64,000 nucleotides of DNA, taken from contig CM075992.1 in assembly GCA_038087875.1 (NCBI GenBank), positions 10,170,001-10,234,000 of the forward strand, written 5' to 3'. Made by a program: the position numbers and the translations under genes. This DNA comes from Malacoraja senta. Taxonomy: Eukaryota. Shown here in pieces: positions 21,835 to 33,617 of the stretch; position 1 is the first letter of the stretch; each line of letters starts with the position of its first letter. The notes below the pieces were generated by a model. The model had not been told where the DNA came from, ran no database searches, and was given only the letters and a program-made list of their open reading frames with translations.

Positions 21835-24800
21835 TTTATTTTTTTTTTGATTAATATTTTTATTAGAAGCCAACATATTATAAAGTATAATAACATATTA
21901 TAATAGAAAAAAAACTTTTCATATACATCAATCATACATTATTAAAATTGTCAATTGTCGATTAATTCTGCTTCTAGTGATTTTTTAAAATATAGATAGA
22001 AAAAGAGAGGTAGAAAGAAAAAAGCATTACAAATATCGAAAAAGAAGAGGTGGAATGAGTTACTTATAATACGTCATTGGAGATAAGTTCGTAGGTTATG
22101 AAATATAATTTTACATCTAATCCTGAGTTCAAGCTTCAGTTGGGTTTTCATGCTGGGCCCATCTATCCCTTCAAATAGTTAATGAATGGAGCCCATATTT
22201 TAACAAAAAGTTATTGTTTGTCCATTAAGACAAGTCTAATTCTTTCTAGATGTAGGGTCTCCGACATTTCCACAATCCACATTTTAATTGTGGGGGTTAT
22301 AGGACATTTCCAAAATTTTAATATTAATTTTTTCCCAGTTATTATACTGTAGTCAAGGAAGTTTCTTTGGCTTGTTGTGAGTGTTAAACTTTGTTCTGAT
22401 ATCCCAAGTATTATTAATTTTGAGTCTGGATCCAATTTAGTATTAACAACTTCAGAAATTATTTCAAAAATATCAATCCAGAAATTTTTGATTTTTATAC
22501 AATTTGCAAAAGTATGTGTTAAATTGGCCTCTAGATGTAGGCATTTATCACTGATAGGAGAAATATGTGGGAAGATTCTATTTAGTTTTATTTTGGAGTA
22601 ATGTAATCTGTGTAAGACTTTAAATTGTATTAAAGCATGTCTGGCATTTAACGAGCATTGATGTATATGTTGTAATCTTTCGTCCCAAATGTCTTTCGTT
22701 ATAGAGTGACCTAACTCATTTTCCCATGTGTGTCTATATAGTTCCATCGGTGGTACCTCATTGTTTAAGAGGGTGTTATAAATATAAGCTATTAATCTTT
22801 CAGTGTTAGGATGCTTATTCAAACATTCATCAAGAATTTCTGGTTCCCTAGTCCTATATACTTGTGTATTAGATTTAACATAATCTCTAATTTGTAGATA
22901 TCTGAAAAAATTATTTGAGTGCAGTCCATAATTCTGTTGTAACTCTTGAAATGACAGAAAGATGCCTTCCCTATAAAGATGTCCAATCTTTTTAATTCCA
23001 TAATTTTTCCATTGTATAAAACCTCTATCCAATATGGATGGCTTGAATAAAGGATTATTTACAATGGGAAGACATAGTGGTATATTATTCAGTTTTAAAG
23101 CTTTTTAAAATTGTTTCCAAATTCGTATTCCACTATGTATTATAGGGTTTTCCTTATAGGTTTTTTTATGCAATTTTGTGGGAGCAAATATAATCGAACC
23201 AATTTCAAAAGGTAAACAGTCTTCCTTTTCCATCCTTAACCAATCTGGATATTGATCCATTTCTTCCAGCCAGAAATTCATGTTTTTAATATGGACTGCC
23301 CAAAAATAAAATAAGAAATTTGGCAAAGCCAAACCTCCGTTGCTCTTTGACTTACATAAATGTTTTTAACTTATTCTATGATTCTTATAATCCCAAATAA
23401 AGCTTGTAACAAAGGAGTCGACTTTTTTGAAAAAGGTTTTTGGGATATATATCGGAATTAATTGAAATAGGTACAGTAGTTGCGTAAGAAGATCATTTTT
23501 ATAGTATTAATTCTACCAAGCATTGAAATGGGAATTGTTTTCCAGTACTGAATATTCTTGTGTAATTTATTAAGTAAGGGTGGAAAATTTAGTTTAAATA
23601 AAGAGGTATATGTCTTAGTTACATAGATTCCTAAATATTTAAGTTTATCTTTAACTATTTTAAAAGGGGATTGTTGCAATGTATTTAAATTGAATTTTGT
23701 TATTGGCATGATTTCACTTTTATTCCAGTTAATTCTATATCCTGAGAACTGACCAAATTGCGTTATTAGATTTAATAGATTTGGAATACTAGTTTCTAAC
23801 TTTGTGATATATATTAGTACATCATCTGCAAATAAGGAAATTTTATTCCTTGTATCTCTGGTGTTGTACCCGTGTATTCCTGGATGGGTTCTAACGCTTT
23901 CTGCTAATGGTTCAATTGCAAGAGCAAATAATAGTGGGGGTAGTGAGCATCCTTGTCTACAACCTCTAGAAAGATTAAATTTAGCTGATAACATTTGGTT
24001 TGTTAATATTCTAGCTGTTGGATTGGAGTATAACAGTTTAATCCATGTGCAGTACTTCTCTCCTAGTTGAAATTTTTCCATTACCGAAAATAAATATGAC
24101 CATTCTACCTGGTCAAATGCTTTTTCAGCATCTAACAATATAATTGCTAGATCTGCATTAGGAATTCTATTTGTATATATAATATTGAATAGTCTTCTCA
24201 AATTATAAAATGATTAACGTTTTGGAATAAAAACAGTTTGGTCGGGGTGTATTAATTTGTTAATCACTAAGCTCAATCTATGAGATAGGATTTTGGTTAA
24301 TATTTTTTGATCAGTATTTAAGAGAGCTATTGCTCTATATGAACCTGGGTCTTCAGGATCCTTATCTGTTTTTGGTATAAGTATGATTGTAGATTCATTT
24401 AGAGTTTCTGGGAGTTTCTGTTGAGCATAAACGTATTTGTATAGTGTCTGTAGGCGTGGAGAAATCAGATCGTAATTTTTTAAATAAAATTCAGAGCTTA
24501 GACCATCAGGACCTGAGGCCTTTCCGTTTTTTAAAGATCTAATTGACTTCGATGTCTTTTATCGTAATTTCTGCATCTAGTGATTCTCTCTCTTTCTGAT
24601 CTAAACCTGTAAGGTTACATTTCTGTAGAAATGTTTCCATTCCTGCTGATTGTTCTGTCGTTTTAGATGAGTACAGTTTTTGATAGTATTGTAAAAATCT
24701 ATCATTAATATCTTTAGGCAGTGTTAATATTTCTCCCTTGTCTGATCTAATTTTGTAAATTGTTTTTTCCCCGTCCAGTTTACGAAGTTGACGCGCAAAA

Positions 24801-27800
24801 AGTTTTTGTGGTTTATCACCAAATTCAAAGTTTAATTGTTTTGTATGTTGATATAGTTTTATAACTTGGTCTGAGTCTATCTTGTTTAACTTATATTTCA
24901 GTACTGCAATTTTATTGTGTTTTGCCATAGATGGTGCTATTGCATTTTCTATGTCTAATTGCCTTATTTCCATTTCCAAAGTCTGTTGTTTGGCCCTATT
25001 CTCTTTGTTAAGAAATGATTGCGAAGAGATTAGTGCTCCTCGCACAAATGCTTTAAATGTTTCCCAAAGAAGATTCCAGGGCTATCATTAGCCTCAAAAA
25101 ACATATTAATCTGTTTTACGCAATATTCATTACATAGTTTTTCTTTTAAGATTTGGGGGTTAAGTCTCCATTGTGACTGTGTCTCGGTCATTCCATTTAG
25201 TTTAATCATAAATGTTAGTGGAGCATGGTCTGATATTATAATATTATGATATTGCGAGTTATAGGTAAATGGGATAAGTTTAGAGTCTACTAAGAAGTAG
25301 TCTATCCTTGAGTAAGTTTTATGCACTGGTGAGTAAAATGAGTATTCTCGCCCAGATGGAGTTTCAATTCTCCAAACATCCTTAATGTTGGTAGTATTAA
25401 TATATGAATTTAGAAATTCACTTGACTGAGATTTTAATTTTCTTTGAGTTGATGATCTATCCAAGTAAGCATCCAGTGTACAATTTAAGTCTCCACCGAT
25501 AATTAAGTTATGTTGTGTACATTCCGGGATAGTGTTAAGTATTCTCTTAAAAAACAGGGGGCTATCAAAATTTGGTCCATACACATTAAGGAGAGTCACT
25601 TTTTTTGAATATAACTCCCCTACTAATACAATATATCTGCCTTCAATATCTTCTATCGTTGATATATGTTTAAAGGGTATACCTTTACGAATTAATATTG
25701 CAACCCCTCTAGATTTATGTGAGAATGAAGAGTGATACGCTTTAGCAATCCATTTTGTTTTCAATCTATGTTGTGCTTCCTTTTTAAGATGTGTTTCCTG
25801 GAGAAATATTATATCTGCTTTAAGTGATTTTAAATGAGCTAATACTTTACCTCTCTTGATTGGTTCATTAATTCCCTTAACATTCCAACTACAGAATTTA
25901 ATTCCTTCACCCCCAAATTTTCCTATTAACGTCTTGCATCTTGTGATTAAAGTGGTCTATGTTAGAGCAGATGGCTCAGCACACTAAACCCCACCTTATA
26001 CCCAAACATCAGGTAGATGAATTTTAAGTCCCGTCGGTTTTCCATCCAGATATATCTCCCTAAATAAAATATATAATTCCATTCCAAATACAAAATATAA
26101 TATAACATAAGATAAAAAAGAGAAAAATAAGTTGCATTAATAACGTGTAAAGAGTAGAAAAATAAGAAAACTACAATTATGGTTAGTCCAGTTAGTGATA
26201 GCCACCCTAATGTGGCTAAGCATCTAAGGACTTCCGTAGCGTTTGGTAAAAAAAAAATATTACTAGCTCCGTACTTTCCTTAAAAGGAAAGTTTCAATCA
26301 CAATGAAAGCAATTTATGGGGGGGAGGGAAACAATAGTTATATTCCATAATTGAAATAATTATTAGTCTCCAATTGAAATGTTAGTTGCAAAAAAATAAA
26401 AAAAATAAAAAATTGTTGAAGAGTAAAATCAAAAATATCATAGAAAAAACGTCCTAAATTTGTATTAATAAATTACCTGATTCACACTATACTTATATTT
26501 CATACTATTAATTAATTCAGAGTTGATCCAGTTAACAATAATTAGTATTGATTAGTATTCATAATTAGTAATAATTGTTAGAAATTAGTACTAACATGTA
26601 AATATTATATATCAGTAGCAATCTAATTGCCCAATTCTTATTGCAGATTTTGGACAGTTCTTAAGTATAATAGCTTAAAGTTCCATTTCTTCTCTGCAGG
26701 GTAACAATGTCCGATATCTTCAGGTGAATGTTGGGTGTAGGGTATTATTCAATCTTCGGACTTATTCACGATGCTCTGGGCGAATTCAAGTGCTTCTGTG
26801 TGCTTGATGAAGAAATGTTCCTTCCGCTCGTAGGTTACTCTTAATGTTGCAGGGAATAACAGTCCATATCAGTCCAGGTCGGGTAGGGGGCGCTGCTCTG
26901 GGCAGTGGCCATGTCAGCAGCGCGTCAGTTTTTTCAACTTTTTTTTATTTTTTAGTATGTTTTAAAGTGTGTATTTAATGTTTCTGTGTGTGTCTTGTGT
27001 GGGGGGTGGTGTGGGGGGGGTAAGGGGGAAACCGCTTCGGTCACCTCCTCCATGGAGAGGCAACGTTTTCCAGGTCGCCTCCCCCGTGGCCTAACATCAA
27101 GGATCGGCGCGGCCTTTCCCGGAGACGCGCCCGGGGCTTCAGCGGCGGGCGCAGCGTGGACTCTCGGCGTGGAGTGGGTGAGCCCTCGCTGGAGGGGAGT
27201 GCTTCGTTTCGCTGGCCCGGGGCAGCCGGCAGCCTGAAGTCGCGGTCTGAAGTCGCAGTCTGCAGAGCTCCAGCTGGTGCGGCGTCTACAGCCCGGGATC
27301 CCTCGTGGGGGACCCGGGGGAAGAAGAAGCCATCACTGGCGGCCCGCGGCCAACTTCTACCGCGGGGCCGGCATGGACTTACCAACACCCCTGCAAGGGA
27401 GCTTCGACCGCCGGCCCTGCAGTCTACGGTGCTTCTGGCTGCGGCGGAGACTTTAAATCTCGACAGCCGGCCTGCGGCCTACAACAACTTAAAGCCGCGG
27501 TCTCCGGTGAGGAAGAGCCGATCCTGGACTGACTCTGGACTCTGGTCCTGTCCACGGAGGGGAAATGGAGGAGGATTGGCCAAATTTTTGTGCCTTCCAC
27601 CAGTGTTGAATGCTGTGGTGGATGTTTGTGTTACATTTTTTTTTTATTGTGGTTGTGTGTTCTTATTATTGTATCGCTGCTGACAACCCAAAATTCCACC
27701 AGCTTGGCTGTGTGGTCATTAAAATACTATATACTATACTATCTCAAATTGTTTATATTGTTAAGTATTCTTCTTGTTTCTGTAAACAGCGCTCTCTTCT

Positions 27801-28806
27801 TGGCGACTTCCACAGGGTAATCTCTAAATATACTGATCTTGTCTCCTTCCAATATGAGGTTTCTGCTTTGAACAATTATCTTCATCATATTATCCAAAAC
27901 ATGGTCATATTGCACCTTCACTATCAGTTGTCTTGGGGGGGCGCCCTCCCTTGGGCGACGTCTCGATACTCTGTGCGCTCGGGCATGTAGTGGTGATTGA
28001 TCCAAATTCAAGACTTTTTTCAGTAGATCTGCAGCAAATTCACGGGGGTCACGATTCCCCTCTCTGACTTCCTTGATGCCCACGATTCTTAAATTCTGGC
28101 GTCTCTGTCGTCCCTCCAAATCAATACATTTTTCGGTTATTTGATGTAATAACTTTGATAGCCGTTTATTCTCAGCAATAAGTTTATTTGTAGTTTCGGT
28201 GCTCGTCTCAGCAATTTCCTCTAATTCCGTCACAACCTGTTGGTGTTGATTTAATGTCTGGAGGATAGGCTCCAACTTAGAATCAAATTTAGATTCCATC
28301 GAATTCAGTTTATCATTTACTTCTTCAATATTTTGTTTCAAATTTTCTTCCATGAGTAACTTCCAATCTTCCAGAACTTCATGTATAGAAGCTGTAACTT
28401 CTTCTTTAATTTGTTCTTTAATTTCCTCTTTAAAAGAAATCAGATCCTTTTTAAGATTTTTAATTTCTTTCATTATATTAGAGATTTCCTGTGTAATGAA
28501 GATTTTTAATTCTTCCACATCTGTCTTTTTCTTCTTTGAGATATCTTCTTGGGATGCTGTTAAAACTGAGGCCGAGGCTTCAGTTGGGCCTACCTCATTT
28601 CCCTTGCCGGTTTTTCTCGCCTTGGGGGGGGGTATGTTGAATCAACATGCTGCCGGTGTCGCGCGCCTGATGACGTCACGAACTTACTGCAAACAATCGG
28701 TGCCGTTTACTGCAGGTAGGTCCCGTCTTTTTCCCCCGTTTTCAGCGTTTTTTTCACGGAGCTAGTCGGCGCGAGTCTCTCCTACTCCATAGCGCCACCG
28801 GAAGTG
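21835..28806 (-). mobile_element. Full-length L1 retrotransposon (degraded ORF1 and ORF2)
   Basis: ORF1 (DLEGRQRRQNLRIVGI, ~28635-26700); endonuclease (LNVYGP, IGGDLN, YSRIDYF, SDH); RT (LDAEKAFD, GCRQGC, LFADDV); poly-A at ~21835-21850; 9-bp TSD atgaacttc at 21826-21834 and 28807-28815. Confidence 0.95.
26871..27739 (+). mobile_element. GC-rich non-autonomous retroelement with Rex1-like 3' tail, inserted in L1 ORF1
   Basis: Interrupts ORF1 (NNLR|YGLLFP) with tatc on both sides; homologous to 37113-37948 and 53244-54025. Confidence 0.75.
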
Positions 28807-28829
28807 ATGAACTTCGTCTTTGCCACAGA

Positions 28830-29490
28830 ACCCCCGTTCCCTGAAGAAAGAGGACATCTCCGATGCCCTGGGTTGGAACACCTCATCCTGGTTGCAGATG
28901 CGACGTAAACGGAGGGGTTGGGAGTAGGGGATGGAGTCCTTACAGGAAGCAGGGTGGGAAGAAGTGTAGTCCAAATAGCCATGGGAGTCAGTGGGTTTAT
29001 AGTAGATGCCGGTCAGTAGTCTATCACCTACGATGGAGATAGTGAGGTCTAGAAATGGTAGGAGAATGTCGGAAATGGTCCAGGTGTATTTGCGTGCCGG
29101 ATGGAGGTTAGTGGTGAAATGGATGCAGTCAATGAATAGTGTGTGGGTGCAGTAGGTAGCACCAATGCAGTCGTCGATGTAGCGGAGGTAGAGGAAGCGT
29201 GGCCTCAGACATGTAGAGATCAGCAGGCTAGACTACCACGGCACCTCCCTTGTCGGCAGGTTTGATCACCCAGTCGGGGTTGTTGCAGAATGAGTGGAAG
29301 GCTGTATGTTCATGTGGGGGGGGAGAGGTTAGAGTGAGACAGGGGAGTGGAGAAGTTGAGGTGGTTGATGTCCTGCCGGCAGTTTAAAATAAAAAGGTCT
29401 AAAGCTGGTAGATGGCCATGAGGGGGGGGGGGGGTCCAAGAGGAGGGGGTCATCACTGGGGGGCGAGGACTCCTTCCCATGGAAGACCCT
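28830..29490 (-). mobile_element. Penelope-like RT fragment
   Basis: Minus strand YLRYIDDCIG and SSHP.SCKDSIPYSQ.LRLRRIC. Confidence 0.85.
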
Positions 29491-29536
29491 TATTCTTAAA
29501 CTGTGTGACCCCTGGTTCTGGACTCCCCCAACATAG

Positions 29537-29702
29537 TCAAGTCAAGTCACATTTATTTATATAGCACATTTAAAAAACAACTCTCGTTGGCCAAGGTACT
29601 TTACATTTGTTATAAGAATAGCACAAACAAAACAAACAACATACATATATACATGTAGCCCTCACTCAGAGGACGTCAGGAAAGGCTTGGGAGTATAGAT
29701 AA
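29537..29702 (-). mobile_element. L2-like LINE 3' end inserted in a CR1 fragment
   Basis: Tail ataaataaatgtgacttgacttgact on minus strand; TSD aacatag at 29530-29536 and 29703-29709. Confidence 0.65.
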
Positions 29703-30581
29703 AACATAGGGAATATTTTTCCTCAATCTGATGCCTGTCCAATCCCCTAAGAATTTTCCATGTTTCTTTAAGATACCCTCTCATCCTTCTAAATTCTGGT
29801 GAATTTAAGCCCAGTCGACTTCTTCCTGCTGATTTTTTTAAATCCTCTGTCTGTTTAAAAGCAGATTCTCACTTGCAGCAAGATTCCTCTTCACCCTCAG
29901 CCTTCAGTTTTTGCAGCAGAAAAACCAAAGCCAATGGTGATAAGGAAATGTAGAATGGTTCACTGTTAGCTGAGGGGAAGGTGACTATGTGGCATACAAC
30001 CAGTAATATTTAATCAGGAGGACAGTAGAACTAGTCGTAGAACTAGGATGGCGGTGGGGACTACAGCAGTATCGACCCGAAACATCACCCATTCCGGAGA
30101 TGCCGTCTGTCCCGCTGAGTTACTCCAGCATTTTGCATCTGTCCTCGGCTTCAGTACAAGTTTTGGTGATGACAAGAGGAACAGAAAGATGGATAAGATC
30201 ATAAGGTCAGAGGTGATAGGAGCAGAATTAGGCCATTCGGCCCATCGAGTCTACTCCACCATTCAGTCGTGGCTGATCCAGACCATTCACCAAGATCATG
30301 GCTCGTCTTCCACAAGCACACCATTTCCCTGCACGACCTCCACTCCCTCAAAGCCCCTCAAATCCAGAAATCTATACACAAGAAGACATGGTCATGTGAT
30401 AGGGGCAGAATTAGGCAATTCGGCCCATCGAGTCTACTCTGCCATTCAATCATGGCTGATCTATCTCTCCCTCCTATCCCCATTCTCCTGCCTTCTCCCC
30501 GTAACCCCTGACACCCATACTAATCAAGGAAATGGCTGAGTCTCCGAAGTTCTCCCGCACCAAGAGCCTTAGAGCTTGTAC

Positions 30582-30674
30582 CTGGTTGGAGGAGGAGGTG
30601 GAGGCAGCGACTGGTGTCCATCTAACCGGCCGAGTGAAGCACTTCGTGAAGCCACGCTGGTAGCACTCTCTCAC
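30582..30674 (-). pseudogene. Orphan helix-8 exon of a second ADGRE-like paralog (VRECYQRGFTKCFTRPVRWTPVAASTSSSNQ)
   Basis: ctaccaacag| acceptor, |gtacaa donor, 93 nt phase 0/0, similar to exon 17151-17249. Confidence 0.6.
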
Positions 30675-30879
30675 CTGTTGGTAGAAAGGCACACAGGGTT
30701 CATAGTGGAGCCTCCAACAAACACCAGGCAGGCGCAGGCCAGCGATCAGCTTCGTATTTTGGTTCCGTTGACAATGGGCTTTCATGCCAATAATCACAGA
30801 GTAGATAGGCGCAGATCAGCTAGATTGGCACCGGACACTGGTCGGGCGAGGAGAGGGATGTGGGGTCACCGGCCTGCAG

Positions 30880-31062
30880 GAACCTGGGCCTCACTTGGTC
30901 TTACCTGGGCTTACCTAGGCGTAACTAGCCTTACCTGGGCTTAACTGGGGCTTAACTGGTGCTTAACCTGTCTTACCTGGCCTTACATGGCCTTACCTGG
31001 GCTTAACTGGCCTTACCAGGGCTTAGCTGGCCTTATCTGGGGCTTACCTGGGCTTACTTAGT
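30880..31062. repeat. About 10-11-bp degenerate tandem repeat (gggcttacct)n, continued at 31390-31460
   Basis: Direct inspection. Confidence 0.8.
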
Positions 31063-31780
31063 CGTAGAGTCAAAGAGTGATACAGTCTGGAAACAGGCCC
31101 TTCGGCTCAACATGCTCACACCGGCCAACAATGTCCCAGTTACCTAAGCTTGATCCATAACCCTACAAACCTGACCTATCCATGTACCTGTCCAACTGTT
31201 TCTTAAACGATGGGATAGTCCCAGCCTCAACTACCTCCTCTGGCAGCTTGTTCCATACACCCACTGTGTGAAAAAGTTACCCCTCAGATACTTATTAAAT
31301 CTTTTCACTTTCACCTTGAACCTATGTCCTCTGGTCCTCGATTCCCCTACTCTGGGTAGGACTGTACATCTATTCTATTCCTCTCATGATTTTACCTGGC
31401 CCAGGTAAGCCCAGGTAAAGCCCAGGTAAGATACCTGGGCTTACCTGGGGCTTACCTGGATCGGGGAGGGAGGGGGGTTCCAGTACTTCCAGCACATGCA
31501 CCCGACTTTGGAATTTGGACTTTTTCTTTTGTAAACTGCACCAAAATATGGCGACTATGCATTTGTGGGTTGTGCTAAAGAATTTGACCATGCCGTGCAT
31601 ACTCGACAGTAAAGAACCATTCCACCAGAAGAGGGTGGCACAGTGGTAGAGTTGCTGCCTCACAGCGCCAGAGACCCGGGTTCTATCCTGTCTACGGGTG
31701 CTGTCTGTACGGAGTTTGTACGTTCTCCCTGTGACCTGCGTGGGTTTTCTCCGGGTGCTCCGGTTTCCTCCCACACTCCA

Positions 31781-33617
31781 GGACTGTTTGGAGTCTGTAG
31801 AGTGGGCAATGTTCAGGGACTCGGCAACAGACCTGAATGAATACGCCACAGTCGATACAGACTTCATAAAGAAATGTGTGGAGGACTGCATCCCAACAAT
31901 AACCTTCTGAGTGTTTCCTAACCAGAAGCCTTGGATGAATCATGAGATCCACATTCTTCTGAAGACCAGATCCCGGGCATTCAGGTCTGGAGATACAGAG
32001 GTCTACAAGAAGTCCAGATACGACCTTGGTAAGGCCATCAAAAAGGCCAAAAGGGACTTCTGCTCCAAGCTGGAGGATGAGACGGATGTTCGGCAACTGT
32101 GGCAGGGCTTGAATGCCATCACCTCCTACAAGGCGGAATCAGGAGGCAGTCCAAATGTCAGCGAAGCATCACTCCCTGACGAGGCCAATGTGTTTTACAC
32201 ACGCTTTGATAGGGAGAACACTGATGTGCCTTCCCGAGCCCCCATTCGCCATGATGGTTTTTCGGTCACAGTCACAGAGGTCGACGTCAGAAGATCCTTC
32301 AGAGGGGTGAACCCTCGGAAAGCGCCTGTACCTGATGGCATACCCGGGCGTGTTTTAAAAACCTGTGCGGACCAACTGGCTGGAGTTTTTACGGACATTT
32401 TCAACCTCTCACTTCTGAGGTTCCCACCTTCTTTAAAAGGGCATCAATAATACCGGTGCCCACGAAGTGCAAGGTGACGTGCCTCAATGACTCTCGACCA
32501 GTGGCACTAACGTCTGTGGTGATGAAGTGCTTTGAGAGGCTGAACATGGCGCAAATCAACTCATACCTTGACAAAAACCTGGACCCACTGCAGTTCGCTT
32601 ACCGCCACAACAGATCAACAGTGGATGCGATCCATTCTGCTCTGGACCACTTGGACAACAAAAACTCATATGTCAGGCTGTTATTCATTGCCTACAGCTC
32701 GGCATTTAATACCATCATCCCCTCCAAGCTGGTTACCAAGCTCTCAGATCTGGGTCTCTGCGCATCCGTCTGTAATTTGATTCTCGACTTCCTCATTCAA
32801 AACCACAGTCTGTCCGTATTGGTGGAAATGTGTCATCCTCGATAACAATCAGCACGGGAGCACCTCAAGGCTGCGTGATCAGGCCCCTGCTGTACTCACT
32901 CTATACTCACGACTGTGTAACTGGACATAGTGCAAACTCCATCATCAAGTTCGCCGACGACGCCACTGTTGTGGGACGAATCACTGATGGGATGAGTCAG
33001 AGTATAGAAGAGAGATCGAGCAACTGTCCATATGGTGCCAGCACAATAACCTGTCCCTCAACACCAGCAAAACCAAGGAACTGATTGTGGACTTTGGAAG
33101 CCGTAGGATGGGGACCCACAGTCCCATTTATATCAACGTAGATGGTGGAAAGGGTCAAGAGCTTCAAATGCCTGGGCGTGCATATTTCCGAAGATCTGTC
33201 CTGGTCCCAGACCACTGATGCAATTATAAAGAAAGCACATCAGCGCCTCTACTTCCTGAGAAGATTACGGAGAGTTGGTATGTCAAGGAGGACTCTCTCG
33301 AACTTCTACAGGTGCACTTTGGCAACTTGAGCGTACAGGACAGGAAAAGGCTGCAAAAAATTGTAAACACTGCCACCATCATCGGCTCTGACCTCCCTAC
33401 CATCAAGGCGATCTATCGCAGTTGTTGCCTCAAAAAGCTGCCAACAACATCGCTGCCAACATCATCAAGGACCCACACCATCCTGGCCACACACTCATCT
33501 CTCCGCTGCCATCAGGTAGAAGGAACAGGAGCCTGAAATCTGCAACATCCAGGTTCAGGAACGGCCTCTTCCCCTCAGCCATCAAACTATTAAACACAAC
33601 TCCAAAGAAACTCTGAA
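31781..33617 (+). mobile_element. Rex1/Babar-clade LINE, 5'-truncated and frameshifted; 3' UTR resumes at ~36423-36520
   Basis: [54 protein letters not shown]. Confidence 0.92.

Noticed and set aside
26986..27683. GC-rich ORFs in the CpG-rich retroelement (also 37310-37711, 53534-53904)
   Set aside because: Not conserved between copies; stop-poor because of high GC.
29868..29915. Possible terminal exon (AEGEEESCCK*) for the minus-strand ADGRE relic
   Set aside because: Acceptor weak or mutated and peptide too short to support.
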